DNA from: Flavobacteriaceae bacterium
GTDB lineage: Bacteria; Bacteroidota; Bacteroidia; Flavobacteriales; Flavobacteriaceae
Direction: 5' to 3'
Length of the DNA: 64,000 nucleotides
Assembly: GCA_947491985.1 (NCBI GenBank)
Contig: CANLLR010000010.1
Span: 4,920-68,919 of the forward strand
How positions within the stretch are numbered: the first letter of the stretch is position 1; every line of letters starts with the position of its first letter. Shown here in pieces: positions 7,146 to 16,779 of the stretch. Both the position numbers and the translations under genes were made by a program. The notes beneath the pieces were generated by a model, which was not told the origin of the DNA, did no database searches, and was given only the letters and a program-made list of their open reading frames with translations.

Positions 7146-7745
7146 ATGAAAAAATTCGTATCACTCTTACTCATTTTGATTTTGATAAGTGCACATGCGC
7201 AACATTCTAAGTTGCAAACGGCAAAAGAGTTTCAAGACGAACTCAACTCAGACTATGCCAATAAGGAGAAAAGCCCTTTAACAGACGACGATTTTAAGAC
7301 GTTTACATCATTGGCTTTTTTTCCTATTAATGAGAAATATACTGTTAAAGCCAGTTTTGTAAGAACGAAAAAAGAGAAAGTTTTCAAAATGAAGACTTCT
7401 ACGTCAAGGCTACCAGAATATAAGAAATATGGTGAATTGTTTTTTACAATAGATGGCATGGAACACCAACTCAATGTGTATCAAAACATTGCTTTAATAA
7501 AAAAACCAGACTATAAAAATTCACTTTTCCTTCCTTTCTCTGATTTGACTTGTGGAACAGAAAGTTACATAGGAGGCCGATATGTTGATATGGAAATTTC
7601 AAATGAAACGATTTGGACTATCGACTTCAACAAAGCGTATAATCCATATTGCGCCTACAATCATAAGTATTCTTGTCCGATAGTTCCGCTAGAAAACGAT
7701 TTAAAAACGATTATTTTGGCTGGAGTTAAAAAGTTTCATGAGTAA
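7146..7745 (+). CDS. DUF1684 domain-containing protein (secreted)
   Basis: YNPYCAYNHKYSCPIVPLEN is a motif typical of DUF1684. A signal peptide MKKFVSLLLILILISAHA starts at the internal ATG 7146. Confidence 0.8.
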   Translation: MKKFVSLLLILILISAHAQHSKLQTAKEFQDELNSDYANKEKSPLTDDDFKTFTSLAFFPINEKYTVKASFVRTKKEKVFKMKTSTSRLPEYKKYGELFFTIDGMEHQLNVYQNIALIKKPDYKNSLFLPFSDLTCGTESYIGGRYVDMEISNETIWTIDFNKAYNPYCAYNHKYSCPIVPLENDLKTIILAGVKKFHE

Positions 7746-8392
7746 TGGATTATTTCAATTTACACACCCATCATTTTACGAACCAGTCTACTATTTTGGA
7801 ATTGGTCAATCAGTATCCGTGGGAATTCGACGCTTCGATTCCGCAGTATTCCATCGGTATTCATCCGTGGCATATTAACGAAAATCGCTTGGCATCGGAT
7901 TTGAAAATCATAGAAGACAAATTGCAATTAAACGAATGTTTGGCATTGGGCGAATGTGGGTTAGACAAACGCATCGACATTCCTTTTTCATTGCAAGTTG
8001 AAGTCTTTGAACAGCAAATCGCCTTAGCCGAAAAATATCAAAAACCCATAGTGTTGCATTTGGTGGGCGCTTATCAAGAGCTCATTGAAATAAAAAAACG
8101 GTTGCACATTTCGGTTCCAATCATCCTCCACGGATTTTCAAAAAATGAACAAATTGCCCAACAATTAATCGATAACGGGTTTTACTTATCTTTTGGAAAG
8201 TATTTGTTGCGAAACCCTGATTTAAAAGATGTTTTTTTATCAATACCAAATGATTGCTTTTTTCTAGAAACCGACACCATCGAAGAATCGTTGGAAGAAG
8301 TGTACCAACTCGCAGCCCAGTATAAAAACATAGCAATAGCTGATTTAATTCAAATTATAAATTCAAATTTCGATACTGTCTTTAAATCCTAA
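7745..8392 (+). CDS. TatD-family metal-dependent hydrolase
   Basis: 215 aa with NLHTHH, GECGLD and ILHGFS motifs. The start overlaps the previous stop (TAATG). Confidence 0.85.
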   Translation: MDYFNLHTHHFTNQSTILELVNQYPWEFDASIPQYSIGIHPWHINENRLASDLKIIEDKLQLNECLALGECGLDKRIDIPFSLQVEVFEQQIALAEKYQKPIVLHLVGAYQELIEIKKRLHISVPIILHGFSKNEQIAQQLIDNGFYLSFGKYLLRNPDLKDVFLSIPNDCFFLETDTIEESLEEVYQLAAQYKNIAIADLIQIINSNFDTVFKS

Positions 8393-8427
8393 AATTCATA
8401 ATTCATAATTCATAATTCATAATTCCC
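8393..8427. repeat. heptad array (AATTCAT)x4 + AATTCCC
   Basis: It occupies the entire 35-nt spacer between the TatD-family gene stop and the tcdA ATG. Confidence 0.9.
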
Positions 8428-9177
8428 ATGGCTAAATGGCAAGAAAGAGCTGAACTTCTCTTTAAAAAAGAAGGTTTAGAAAATTTAAAAAACGCCCACG
8501 TTTTAGTGGTCGGAGTAGGTGGCGTGGGTTCGTTTGCCGCCGAGTTTTTAGCACGAGCTGGCGTCGGACATCTGACTATTGTAGATGGTGATGTTGTCGA
8601 TATTACTAACATCAACCGACAGTTGCCTGCGTTGCATTCGACCGTTGGGATGACCAAAATTGACGTCGTTGGCGATCGGTTATTGGATATAAATCCGGAG
8701 TTACATCTCACGAAAGTGAAAGAATTTTTATCACCCGAACGCGCTTTTGACATCGTCGAAGAGCACTACGATTATGTATTGGATTGCATCGACAGCGTAA
8801 CACCAAAGCTCAATTTAATTGTCGGAGCCAAACGAAAAAGAGTAAAAATCATCTCCTCGATGGGCGCTGGTGGCAAAATGGAAGCGGCAAAAGTAAAAGT
8901 CGCCGACATCACTAATACGGTCAATTGCATGTTTGCTAAAACCATCCGTCGCCGATTGAAAGAATTTAAAATTGACAAATTAAAAGTGGTTTTTTCTTCT
9001 GAAATTCAAGACGAAAGCAGTTTGAAAATGACTGATGGCTCTAATTTTAAAAAATCTTTTTACGGAACCAACAGTTACATGCCGGGACTTTTTGGTTTAT
9101 ATATGGCTGAAACAGTGATTCGGTATTTGATTAAAAAAGAATCAGGCACTCAGACACTAACCAATTCAGACACTTAA
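8428..9177 (+). CDS. tcdA: tRNA threonylcarbamoyladenosine dehydratase (ThiF/MoeB fold)
   Basis: It has VLVVGVGGVGS, ITNINRQ and LDCIDSVTPK, collinear with TcdA/CsdL. Confidence 0.85.
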   Translation: MAKWQERAELLFKKEGLENLKNAHVLVVGVGGVGSFAAEFLARAGVGHLTIVDGDVVDITNINRQLPALHSTVGMTKIDVVGDRLLDINPELHLTKVKEFLSPERAFDIVEEHYDYVLDCIDSVTPKLNLIVGAKRKRVKIISSMGAGGKMEAAKVKVADITNTVNCMFAKTIRRRLKEFKIDKLKVVFSSEIQDESSLKMTDGSNFKKSFYGTNSYMPGLFGLYMAETVIRYLIKKESGTQTLTNSDT

Positions 9178-9179
9178 AA

Positions 9180-9839
9180 ATGATTAAAACAGTAATCTTC
9201 GACATGGATGGCGTAATTGTCGACACCGAACCGGTGCATCATTTTGCCTACCACCAACATTTTAAGCAATTGAACATAGAAGTTTCGCGTGAAATGTATG
9301 CCTCGTTTACTGGAAATTCGACCAAAAATATATACGAGCGATTGAAAGGCATTTTCAATTTAGAAGATGACGTACCAACTTTGGTTCAAACCAAACGCAG
9401 CTTGTTTAACGACGCTTTTGATAACAAAGAAGATTTGTATTTATTAGATGGCGTAGTCGATTTAATTGAAGAATTGTATCAAAATAACATGCAATTGGTT
9501 TTGGCTTCTTCATCGGCAAAAGTAACGATTCAGCGTATTTTTAATCGGTTTGATTTGCACCAGTATTTTAGACATATCGTTTCTGGAGAAGATTTTCCGA
9601 AGTCGAAACCACATCCAGCCATTTTTGAACAAGCTGCTTTTTTAGCACAAACACCTGTTGAAAATTGTATTGTAATTGAAGACAGTACCAACGGAATTTT
9701 AGCAGCAAAAGCGGCCGGAATATATTGTGTTGGTTATGATAGTGTGAACTCGAAATTGCAAGATTATTCGTTGGCGGATGTTGTTATTAATCATTTTAAC
9801 GAATTAAATTTTGAAGCCATCCGAAACATTCGTGTATAA
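9180..9839 (+). CDS. HAD-IA family hydrolase (beta-phosphoglucomutase-like phosphatase)
   Basis: It has a FDMDGVIVDTE nucleophile motif, SSS, and a later EDSTNG motif. Confidence 0.85.
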   Translation: MIKTVIFDMDGVIVDTEPVHHFAYHQHFKQLNIEVSREMYASFTGNSTKNIYERLKGIFNLEDDVPTLVQTKRSLFNDAFDNKEDLYLLDGVVDLIEELYQNNMQLVLASSSAKVTIQRIFNRFDLHQYFRHIVSGEDFPKSKPHPAIFEQAAFLAQTPVENCIVIEDSTNGILAAKAAGIYCVGYDSVNSKLQDYSLADVVINHFNELNFEAIRNIRV

Positions 9840-9883
9840 AAAAAGCCATTACAAAATGACTTTGGTTACTAAGTGCAGGCGTA

Positions 9884-11341
9884 TTATTTTTTGATTTCTA
9901 CATTGACATGTTTTTCTACTATACGTTTCCCCTCTTTTTTTACGTCACTCTTTTTGCGAAACGACCAGAAGAAATCACTCGAAAATCGTCGTGCTTCCTC
10001 CAAATTAACAATTGGAAAAGGATAGTCATTTCCTATTTCAAAGTCGTACAACATTTGTTCGATTAGCGTTAATTTCCATGGTTCATGAAGAAATTCTATG
10101 GGAATGTTTGCCAATTCAGGCACCCATTTTTTAATAAAGGTTCCGTCAGGATCATGTTCGTAGGAATTCTTCACCGGATTATAAACTCGTAACGTATTCA
10201 CACCCGTAACACCTGCTTGCATTTGAATTTGTGGATAATGAATTCCGGGTTCAAAATCTAAAAATTGTTGTGCCAAGTGTGGACTGCAATTTTGCCACGG
10301 TTGAAACAAATGATGCGTATAAAACGAAACTACTAAGGCTCGCATTCTAAAATTCAAATAGCCTGTGGTATTCAAACAACGCATACACGCATCAACGAGA
10401 GGAACGCCCGTTTTGCCTTGAGTCCAAGCGGTGTGATAACGCTCGTTTACTTCTTGATTTAACTGGCGATAGCCTTTGTTTACTGCCATAAATTCCATGC
10501 TACATTCCATTTCAAATTTCTGAATAAAATGGGCTTGCCAGCGCAAACGGGAAGCGAAATTATCAATTTGACGTTTCGATACACTTTTCTTTCTTGTTTC
10601 CCAAGCGGCGGTATACACTTGTCGGATGGAGAGATTTCCCCAAGCAACATAAGGTGATAATCGACTACAGCCTTTTCTGGCCAATTCAGGTTTGGAGATG
10701 TGTTTGCTGTAATTTGCAACGCGCTCGTTGAGAAAACTATTTAAATAACGCAGGGCAGTTGGCGTGCCTCCTTTTTGAAAAGGTACATCTTTTGGTGTTT
10801 GCAACGAAGGTATAGCAAAGTGTTTTTCTAATTCTTCAATGGCAATGCAATCCATGAAATTTTCACTATTTGCAGTAAATGGCAACGGATCTTTGTCCAT
10901 ATAATCGTACCAATCGTTTTTCCATGATTGTCGGTTTTTAAGTCCGCGAAATACACCATTGGTTATGAATTCGTTCCAAATGATGTTTTTTTGTTTGCAC
11001 AATTTTGCAACCTCAATATCCCGGTCGTAAGTTCGTTTGATTCCTGTTTCTTGATGCGAAAATACTGTGTTTATCGAGAAGAGTTCATTTAATTTTTCAA
11101 AAACGGGTAGTGCTTCGCCTTCAATGATTAGGATTTTTGTACTGAATGGTGCGAGTTCATTCTGTAAAGATTCTAATGATTGTTTTATAAAGTCAAAATG
11201 ACGTTGACTGTAATGGCAATCATTATTTAAAGAAGGTTCAAAAATATACAGCAGCAGTACTTTTTCCGATGTGGATAAAGCGTTATGAAGTGCTTCATTA
11301 TCGAGTAAACGTAAATCTTTTTTGAACCAAACTATTTTCAT
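9884..11341 (-). CDS. cryptochrome/photolyase-family FAD-binding protein (subclass unclear)
   Basis: 485 aa. It has the N-terminal [14 protein letters not shown] photolyase fold and a C-terminal [30 protein letters not shown]. Confidence 0.8.
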   Translation of the reverse strand: MKIVWFKKDLRLLDNEALHNALSTSEKVLLLYIFEPSLNNDCHYSQRHFDFIKQSLESLQNELAPFSTKILIIEGEALPVFEKLNELFSINTVFSHQETGIKRTYDRDIEVAKLCKQKNIIWNEFITNGVFRGLKNRQSWKNDWYDYMDKDPLPFTANSENFMDCIAIEELEKHFAIPSLQTPKDVPFQKGGTPTALRYLNSFLNERVANYSKHISKPELARKGCSRLSPYVAWGNLSIRQVYTAAWETRKKSVSKRQIDNFASRLRWQAHFIQKFEMECSMEFMAVNKGYRQLNQEVNERYHTAWTQGKTGVPLVDACMRCLNTTGYLNFRMRALVVSFYTHHLFQPWQNCSPHLAQQFLDFEPGIHYPQIQMQAGVTGVNTLRVYNPVKNSYEHDPDGTFIKKWVPELANIPIEFLHEPWKLTLIEQMLYDFEIGNDYPFPIVNLEEARRFSSDFFWSFRKKSDVKKEGKRIVEKHVNVEIKK

Positions 11342-11425
11342 GTTTATAAGTCACTACTTTTTTAGCTGCTTTTTTGAAATGGAATGTAAAAAAAATAATT
11401 TGAACAGGGAACACTCAACACTATC

Positions 11426-12712
11426 TTAGCCTACCGCTTCTTTATATACTCGAAGGCATTTCTCACGAGCTTCTTTATGATCTACTATAGGTTTTGGATA
11501 ATGTAAAGTATCAAATTCTGGAATCCATTTTTTGATGTATTTTAAGTCTTTATCGAATTTTTTAACTTGTTCGGTAGGATTAAAAATTCTAAAGTAAGGT
11601 GCTGCGTCAACTCCACTTCCGGCTGCCCATTGCCAATTGCCTACATTGCTTGCTTGTTCATAATCTAACAATTTGGAGGCAAAATAGGTTTCGCCCCAAC
11701 GCCAATCAATGAGTAAATGTTTGCATAAAAAACTTGCAGTTATCATTCGCACACGATTGTGCATGTGACCTGTAGCGTTTAGTTCGCGCATTCCGGCATC
11801 AACAAAAGGATAACCTGTTTTGCCATCACACCATTTTTGAAATAGTTCTTCGTTATTATCCCAATCGATGGCATCGTATTTTGGTCGGAAGCTCGACTGA
11901 TTGGTATGAGGAAAATGCCATAAAATTTGCATGAAAAATTCCCTCCAAATAAGTTCTTTCAGAAATGTTTCATTTTTACTTTGAATGGCTTTTGCTACCA
12001 TTTTCCGAATAGAAACCGCTCCAAATCGCAAGTAAATGCCGAGATAGGAAGTTTTGTTCAACGCAGGAAAATTCCGTGTCGCTTCGTAATTGTCTATTAA
12101 TGGTGCAGAAATATCAAAGGGAGTAACATTGATGGTTGATGTTTCAAATCCGATGTCTGACAAACTCAAAAAAGGGTAGGAGTGTATCGCTATTTTATTT
12201 AGATATTCTTCGGAATTGTAATTAAATAACGAAATTTTCTTAAAGTTTTCTTTCCATTTATTGGAATAAGGAGTATAGACTACATAAGGAGTACCGTTGT
12301 CTTTTACTACCTCGCTTTTTTCAAAAATGACTTGGTCTTTACTGGTTTTGAATTCGATATTGTGGTCTTTAAAAAGAGGAAATAATTCCAAATCGCGTTT
12401 GCGTGCATACGGTTCATAATCGTGATTGGTATACACGGCTTTAATCGTATTTTCTGAAAGTAGCTTTTGATATACTTCAAACGGTTTTCCGTGAAAAACA
12501 GCCAGTGATTTTCCGATACTTTGCAATTGACTTTGGATTTTTTCTAATTGCTGGTGAATAAAAGTAACACGCGCATCGTTTTTTGGTAATTGTGAAAGAA
12601 TAGCATTGTCAAAAATAAAAATAGGCAGCACCGTATCATCGTTTTTAAAAGCATGAAACAATGCTACATTATCCTCCAAACGCAAATCGCGACGAAACCA
12701 AAAAACGGTCAT
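11426..12712 (-). CDS. phrB: deoxyribodipyrimidine (CPD) photolyase, class I-like
   Basis: TGYPFVDAGMRELNATGHMHNRVRMITASFL..NWQWAAGSGVDAAPYFRIFNP. I prefer the start at ATG 12712 (MTVFWFRRDLRLEDN). The longer track ORF would overlap the SDR gene. Confidence 0.85.
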   Translation of the reverse strand: MTVFWFRRDLRLEDNVALFHAFKNDDTVLPIFIFDNAILSQLPKNDARVTFIHQQLEKIQSQLQSIGKSLAVFHGKPFEVYQKLLSENTIKAVYTNHDYEPYARKRDLELFPLFKDHNIEFKTSKDQVIFEKSEVVKDNGTPYVVYTPYSNKWKENFKKISLFNYNSEEYLNKIAIHSYPFLSLSDIGFETSTINVTPFDISAPLIDNYEATRNFPALNKTSYLGIYLRFGAVSIRKMVAKAIQSKNETFLKELIWREFFMQILWHFPHTNQSSFRPKYDAIDWDNNEELFQKWCDGKTGYPFVDAGMRELNATGHMHNRVRMITASFLCKHLLIDWRWGETYFASKLLDYEQASNVGNWQWAAGSGVDAAPYFRIFNPTEQVKKFDKDLKYIKKWIPEFDTLHYPKPIVDHKEAREKCLRVYKEAVG

Positions 12713-12725
12713 ATTTGATTTGATA

Positions 12726-13421
12726 TTAATTGACCAATAGCGTCGACATACCACCGTCGACATGAAAAATTTGTCCCGAAATCCAACTGCTTTTATCACT
12801 CAATAAAAAGTGCGCCATTTGTGCCATATCTTCTGAAGTTCCAACGCGTTTTAGCGGGTGTCTTTCGGCTGATTTTTCTCTTTTTACATCATTATTTAAG
12901 AATTTATCTGCTAATGGCGTATCAGTCAGCGATGGCGCGATTACGTTGACTCTAATTTTCGGTGCGTATTCGGCAGCCAATGCTTTTGCAAAACCTTCGA
13001 TGGCGCCTTTTGAAGCGGCTACACTCGTATGAAAAGGCATTCCCATACTTGCAGCAACACTGCTAAACATAACAATACTCGATTGTTTTGATGCTGTTAA
13101 GTTTGGTAAAATCGATTGAATTACTTTGACCATAGCGATGAAATTTACTTGTAAATCGCTTTCAAAAGCATCGGGTTTTAATCCTTTAAAAGGACGTAAA
13201 TTGATACTTCCGGGGCAATACACCAAACCGTCAATTTGTTCTGGTAATTGTGACGTATCCAAAGTGTCGGTTGTAGCATCAAAAGTAAGATGCGTCACAT
13301 TCATGTCACTGATGTTTTCATTGGTTCTCGATGCAATGAAAACTTTGTTGTCGTATTGTAGTTCTTTGGCAATGGCCAATCCAATTCCGTAAGAACCACC
13401 AATTAAGAGTATATTTTTCAT
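12726..13421 (-). CDS. SDR-family protein with atypical active site
   Basis: It has an N-terminal GGSYGIG dinucleotide motif. The segment aligned to YxxxK reads VAASK, so Val replaces the catalytic Tyr. Confidence 0.8.
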   Translation of the reverse strand: MKNILLIGGSYGIGLAIAKELQYDNKVFIASRTNENISDMNVTHLTFDATTDTLDTSQLPEQIDGLVYCPGSINLRPFKGLKPDAFESDLQVNFIAMVKVIQSILPNLTASKQSSIVMFSSVAASMGMPFHTSVAASKGAIEGFAKALAAEYAPKIRVNVIAPSLTDTPLADKFLNNDVKREKSAERHPLKRVGTSEDMAQMAHFLLSDKSSWISGQIFHVDGGMSTLLVN

Positions 13422-13424
13422 GAT

Positions 13425-13892
13425 TTATTTTTTAAATTCTCCGAACATTTCAATAAGTTTTTTTCTTCTGTATTCAAAAATTTCATCCAGTTTGGGTTTT
13501 ACTAGAAAGGGATGAACCAATTGTCCTAAAATTCCCATCGGAACTTTATAATCCACAATGTCTTCCATTTCAACGCCGCCTGGAATTGCTTTAATAAAAT
13601 GTTTGTGATGCCAAAGAGCATAAGGTCCGAAACGTTGTTCGTCAACAAAATATTCTTTATTTACTACATGCGTAATTTCGGTTACCCATTTGGTTTTGAT
13701 TCCAAGTACTGGTGTAACTATATATTGAATAATTTGTCCAGGATACATAGGTCTGTCGGCTCCAGAAAGGATTTTAAATCCCATATATTCAGGTGTGATT
13801 TTTTGTAAGTTTTTTGGATCAGACAGTAAATCCCATGCTTCATCAATAGTTATTGGTAAATTTTGTTTTGCATGCAATCGGAATATTTTCAT
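13425..13892 (-). CDS. SRPBCC (START/cyclase-dehydrase fold) family protein
   Basis: 155 aa. Size and pattern fit SRPBCC. It is co-oriented with the SDR gene, separated by a 3-nt gap. Confidence 0.65.
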   Translation of the reverse strand: MKIFRLHAKQNLPITIDEAWDLLSDPKNLQKITPEYMGFKILSGADRPMYPGQIIQYIVTPVLGIKTKWVTEITHVVNKEYFVDEQRFGPYALWHHKHFIKAIPGGVEMEDIVDYKVPMGILGQLVHPFLVKPKLDEIFEYRRKKLIEMFGEFKK

Positions 13893-14040
13893 ATAAATAC
13901 AAGTTATTTTTTAAATGGTAAAGATACGATATGTTTAAATATTTTATCTATTTGTTAAACAGTTTGTAGGAGGATTTAAGTTTAAATTAACATTTGAAGA
14001 AAATACAATTTGTAATTTTGACGAACTAAAATAAAACAAC

Positions 14041-14895
14041 ATGAAAAAAATTATTTGTTTATGGGCAATGATAATTGCAAATTATGCTATAGAAGCACAA
14101 GTGAAAACTCCACAAGCTAGCCCGAAATCAGTGTTGACACAAGTAGTTGGCTTGACCGATGTTACGGTTGAATACTCACGACCAAGTGCTAAAGGAAGAG
14201 CTGTTTTTGGTGATTTGGTTCCATTTGGCAAGGTATGGAGAACTGGAGCTAACGCCAACACTACTGTTACTTTTAGCGATGATGTAGTAATAAAAGGAAC
14301 TATATTAAAAAAAGGTAAATATGCGATTTTCACAATGCCTAAAGCGGATATATGGGAAGTGATTTTTTACACCGCTACAGACAATTGGGGAACACCAGAA
14401 AATTGGGATGAAAAAAATGTAGCCCTTAACACAAATGTTGATCCAATTGCTTTAGGAAATAATGTGGATACTTTTACTGTTGGTGTAAACAACATCACTA
14501 ACGATAGTGCCACTCTCGATATTGCTTGGGAAAAAACTATGGTTTCAGTGAAATTTGAAGTTCCAAGTCAAAAAATGGCAATGGCAAGTATTGAGAAAAC
14601 GTTGGCCGGACCAGTAGCGGGAGATTATTTCTCAGCTGGACAGTATTTATTCCAATCAAATGGTGATTTAAACAAAGCTTTAGAGTATGTAAACAAAGCG
14701 GTTGCTATGACAAAGCCAGGTGCTGATACTCCGTTTTGGTATTTAAGACAAAAATCATTAATCCAAGGGAAATTGGGTGATAAATCAGGTGCAATAGCAA
14801 CGGCTAAATTATCCTTAGAAGGTGCGGAAAAAGCTAAGAATGATGACTACGTTAAAATGAACAATGACAGTATAAAAGAGTGGAGTAAAAAATAA
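14041..14895 (+). CDS. DUF2911 domain protein with C-terminal TPR-like region (secreted)
   Basis: It has a signal peptide and GKVWRTGANANTTVTFSDDV, which is typical of DUF2911. Confidence 0.7.
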   Translation: MKKIICLWAMIIANYAIEAQVKTPQASPKSVLTQVVGLTDVTVEYSRPSAKGRAVFGDLVPFGKVWRTGANANTTVTFSDDVVIKGTILKKGKYAIFTMPKADIWEVIFYTATDNWGTPENWDEKNVALNTNVDPIALGNNVDTFTVGVNNITNDSATLDIAWEKTMVSVKFEVPSQKMAMASIEKTLAGPVAGDYFSAGQYLFQSNGDLNKALEYVNKAVAMTKPGADTPFWYLRQKSLIQGKLGDKSGAIATAKLSLEGAEKAKNDDYVKMNNDSIKEWSKK

Positions 14896-14912
14896 TTACA
14901 CTTTCTGATAGT

Positions 14913-14950
14913 AAAACCACGAATTCATAACAATTGAATTCGTGGTTTTT
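14913..14950. terminator. bidirectional intrinsic terminator
   Basis: AAAACCACGAATTC ataacaatt GAATTCGTGGTTTT is a 14-bp perfect stem between convergent genes. Confidence 0.85.
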
Positions 14951-16672
14951 TTATGCTATCATTTTATTTTTTTGATTGGTAGTAAATTGGAAGAGTACTG
15001 CAAAAAGTAAGGTGAGCATAGCACCAATGAAATTCAACCACAAATACCCTAATTTTTCTTGTCCGCTTGGTTGACTGAAAATAGAAAAGTAAAATAGTAA
15101 AAAGATAATCGACTGACTCAAACAAGCCGATAAAAACATCGCATTTGCCTTTACATATTTGAAGTAAAAACCGACTAAGAAAATTCCTAAAACCGTACCG
15201 TAAAATATCGAACCAATAATATTTACCAACTGAATTAGATTCTCAAATAAAGCACTCACGCAAGCGAATAAAATGGCGATTATTCCCCAAACTAATGTGA
15301 AAAACTTAGTTGCATTTACATAATGTTTGTCGGATTTTGTAACTTTTAAATTTCGTTTGTAAATATCAATCGAAGTAGTTGATGCCAATGCAGTCAAACC
15401 TGACGCGGACGACGACATGGCAGCCGATAAAATTACAGCAAGTAATAATCCGATCAATCCTTTTGGTAAATAATTCAATATAAAATACAAAAACACATAA
15501 TCTTTATCGTTTGTTTCTGCTTTGCCATCGGCTTTGCTTATCAGCGTTTTAGCTTGTTCACGCAAATCTTTTTCCTTTCCAGATAAAGCAACCAATCGAC
15601 TTCTTAAAATAGGGTTATCATAATTTTGGTTCAAATGATCCATGTACAACAAATTGTATTCTTTTTTCTCTTCCGTAAGAGCAACCAATTGCTCTTCCAA
15701 TGTATGATATTGCTCGGCATATTCTGATTTTTCGATAATTTCTTTGTTCACTGGATTAAAATTCAGCGGTACATCATTAAACTGAAAAAACACAAAAACC
15801 ATAACACCTGTCAACAATATAAAAAACTGCATCGGCACTTTCAGAAATCCGTTCATGATTAATCCCATTTGACTTTCACGAATCGATTTTCCCGATAAAT
15901 AGCGTCCCACTTGCGATTGATCGGTTCCGAAATACGAAAGCATCAAGAAAAATCCACCTGTGATTCCCGACCAAAATGTGTAGCGACTTTCAGGATCGAT
16001 AGAAAAATCTAAAATGTTCATTTTGTCATTCGCACCTGCAATATGCATTGCATTGCTAAACGTCATGTCGTTTGGCAGCATATATAAAATGAGGAAGAAC
16101 GTGATAAACATTCCACTCATGATTACAAACATTTGTTGCTTTTGCGTGACATTAACGGCTTTAGTTCCGCCCGTGAACGTATAGATAATTACTAAAATTC
16201 CGATGATGATGTTGAGCAAAGTTAAATTCCAACCCAACAAGGTCGATAATATAATAGACGGTGCGTAAATGGTTAGTCCAGTTCCCAATCCACGTTGCAC
16301 TAAAAACAAAATGGAAGCCAACGAACGCGTTTTTAAATCGAAGCGATTTTCTAAATATTCGTAAGCTGTAAAGACTTTTAATCGGTTGTAAATGGGAATA
16401 AATGTTACACAAATTACGACCATCGCAATGGGCAAACCAAAATAAAATTGCACAAAACCCATTCCGTCATGATACGCTTGACCGGGAGTTGATAAAAAGG
16501 TAATGGCGCTGGCTTGTGTTGCCATTACAGAAAGTCCAACCGTCCACCAATTGGTTTCTTGATTTCCTAAAATATATTCTTCTACGTTTTTACTTCCTTT
16601 GGTTTTATACACTCCATAAACCACTATGGATAAAAGCGTGACACAAAGTATGATCCAGTCGATTTGTTGCAT
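14951..16672 (-). CDS. sodium:solute symporter (SSF) family transporter
   Basis: 573 aa polytopic protein with a typical SSF N-terminus, interrupted by a soluble insert (aa ~310-390). Confidence 0.9.
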   Translation of the reverse strand: MQQIDWIILCVTLLSIVVYGVYKTKGSKNVEEYILGNQETNWWTVGLSVMATQASAITFLSTPGQAYHDGMGFVQFYFGLPIAMVVICVTFIPIYNRLKVFTAYEYLENRFDLKTRSLASILFLVQRGLGTGLTIYAPSIILSTLLGWNLTLLNIIIGILVIIYTFTGGTKAVNVTQKQQMFVIMSGMFITFFLILYMLPNDMTFSNAMHIAGANDKMNILDFSIDPESRYTFWSGITGGFFLMLSYFGTDQSQVGRYLSGKSIRESQMGLIMNGFLKVPMQFFILLTGVMVFVFFQFNDVPLNFNPVNKEIIEKSEYAEQYHTLEEQLVALTEEKKEYNLLYMDHLNQNYDNPILRSRLVALSGKEKDLREQAKTLISKADGKAETNDKDYVFLYFILNYLPKGLIGLLLAVILSAAMSSSASGLTALASTTSIDIYKRNLKVTKSDKHYVNATKFFTLVWGIIAILFACVSALFENLIQLVNIIGSIFYGTVLGIFLVGFYFKYVKANAMFLSACLSQSIIFLLFYFSIFSQPSGQEKLGYLWLNFIGAMLTLLFAVLFQFTTNQKNKMIA

Positions 16673-16675
16673 GGC

Positions 16676-16777
16676 TTACGAAAAAAGTTGCATTAGTAAA
16701 AAAAAGACAATAATGTACAGAGCATTAATCAGTAAAAGCCATGAGTAACTCGATTTCCAGCGATTTTCTTTTCCCAT
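16676..16777 (-). CDS. 33-aa single-TM small protein (not in ORF track)
   Basis: It encodes MGKENRWKSSYSWLLLINALYIIVFFLLMQLFS. The ATG lies 2 nt after the deacetylase stop and the TAA lies 3 nt before the symporter ATG. Confidence 0.45.
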   Translation of the reverse strand: MGKENRWKSSYSWLLLINALYIIVFFLLMQLFS

Positions 16778-16779
16778 AA

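Noticed and set aside
8403-8753. 116-aa antisense ORF inside tcdA, plus similar antisense ORFs (37217..37678, 53317..53676, 61621..61977, 25636..25968, 58623..58931, 42787..43086, 4603..4812 and other short ones)
   Set aside because: Each lies opposite a well-supported conserved gene, has low-complexity or odd composition, and has no independent signal. These are typical shadow ORFs.
12713-12799. N-terminal extension of the photolyase ORF
   Set aside because: It would overlap the SDR gene 3' end by 74 nt. The conserved photolyase N-terminus (MTVFWFRRDLRL) starts at ATG 12712.
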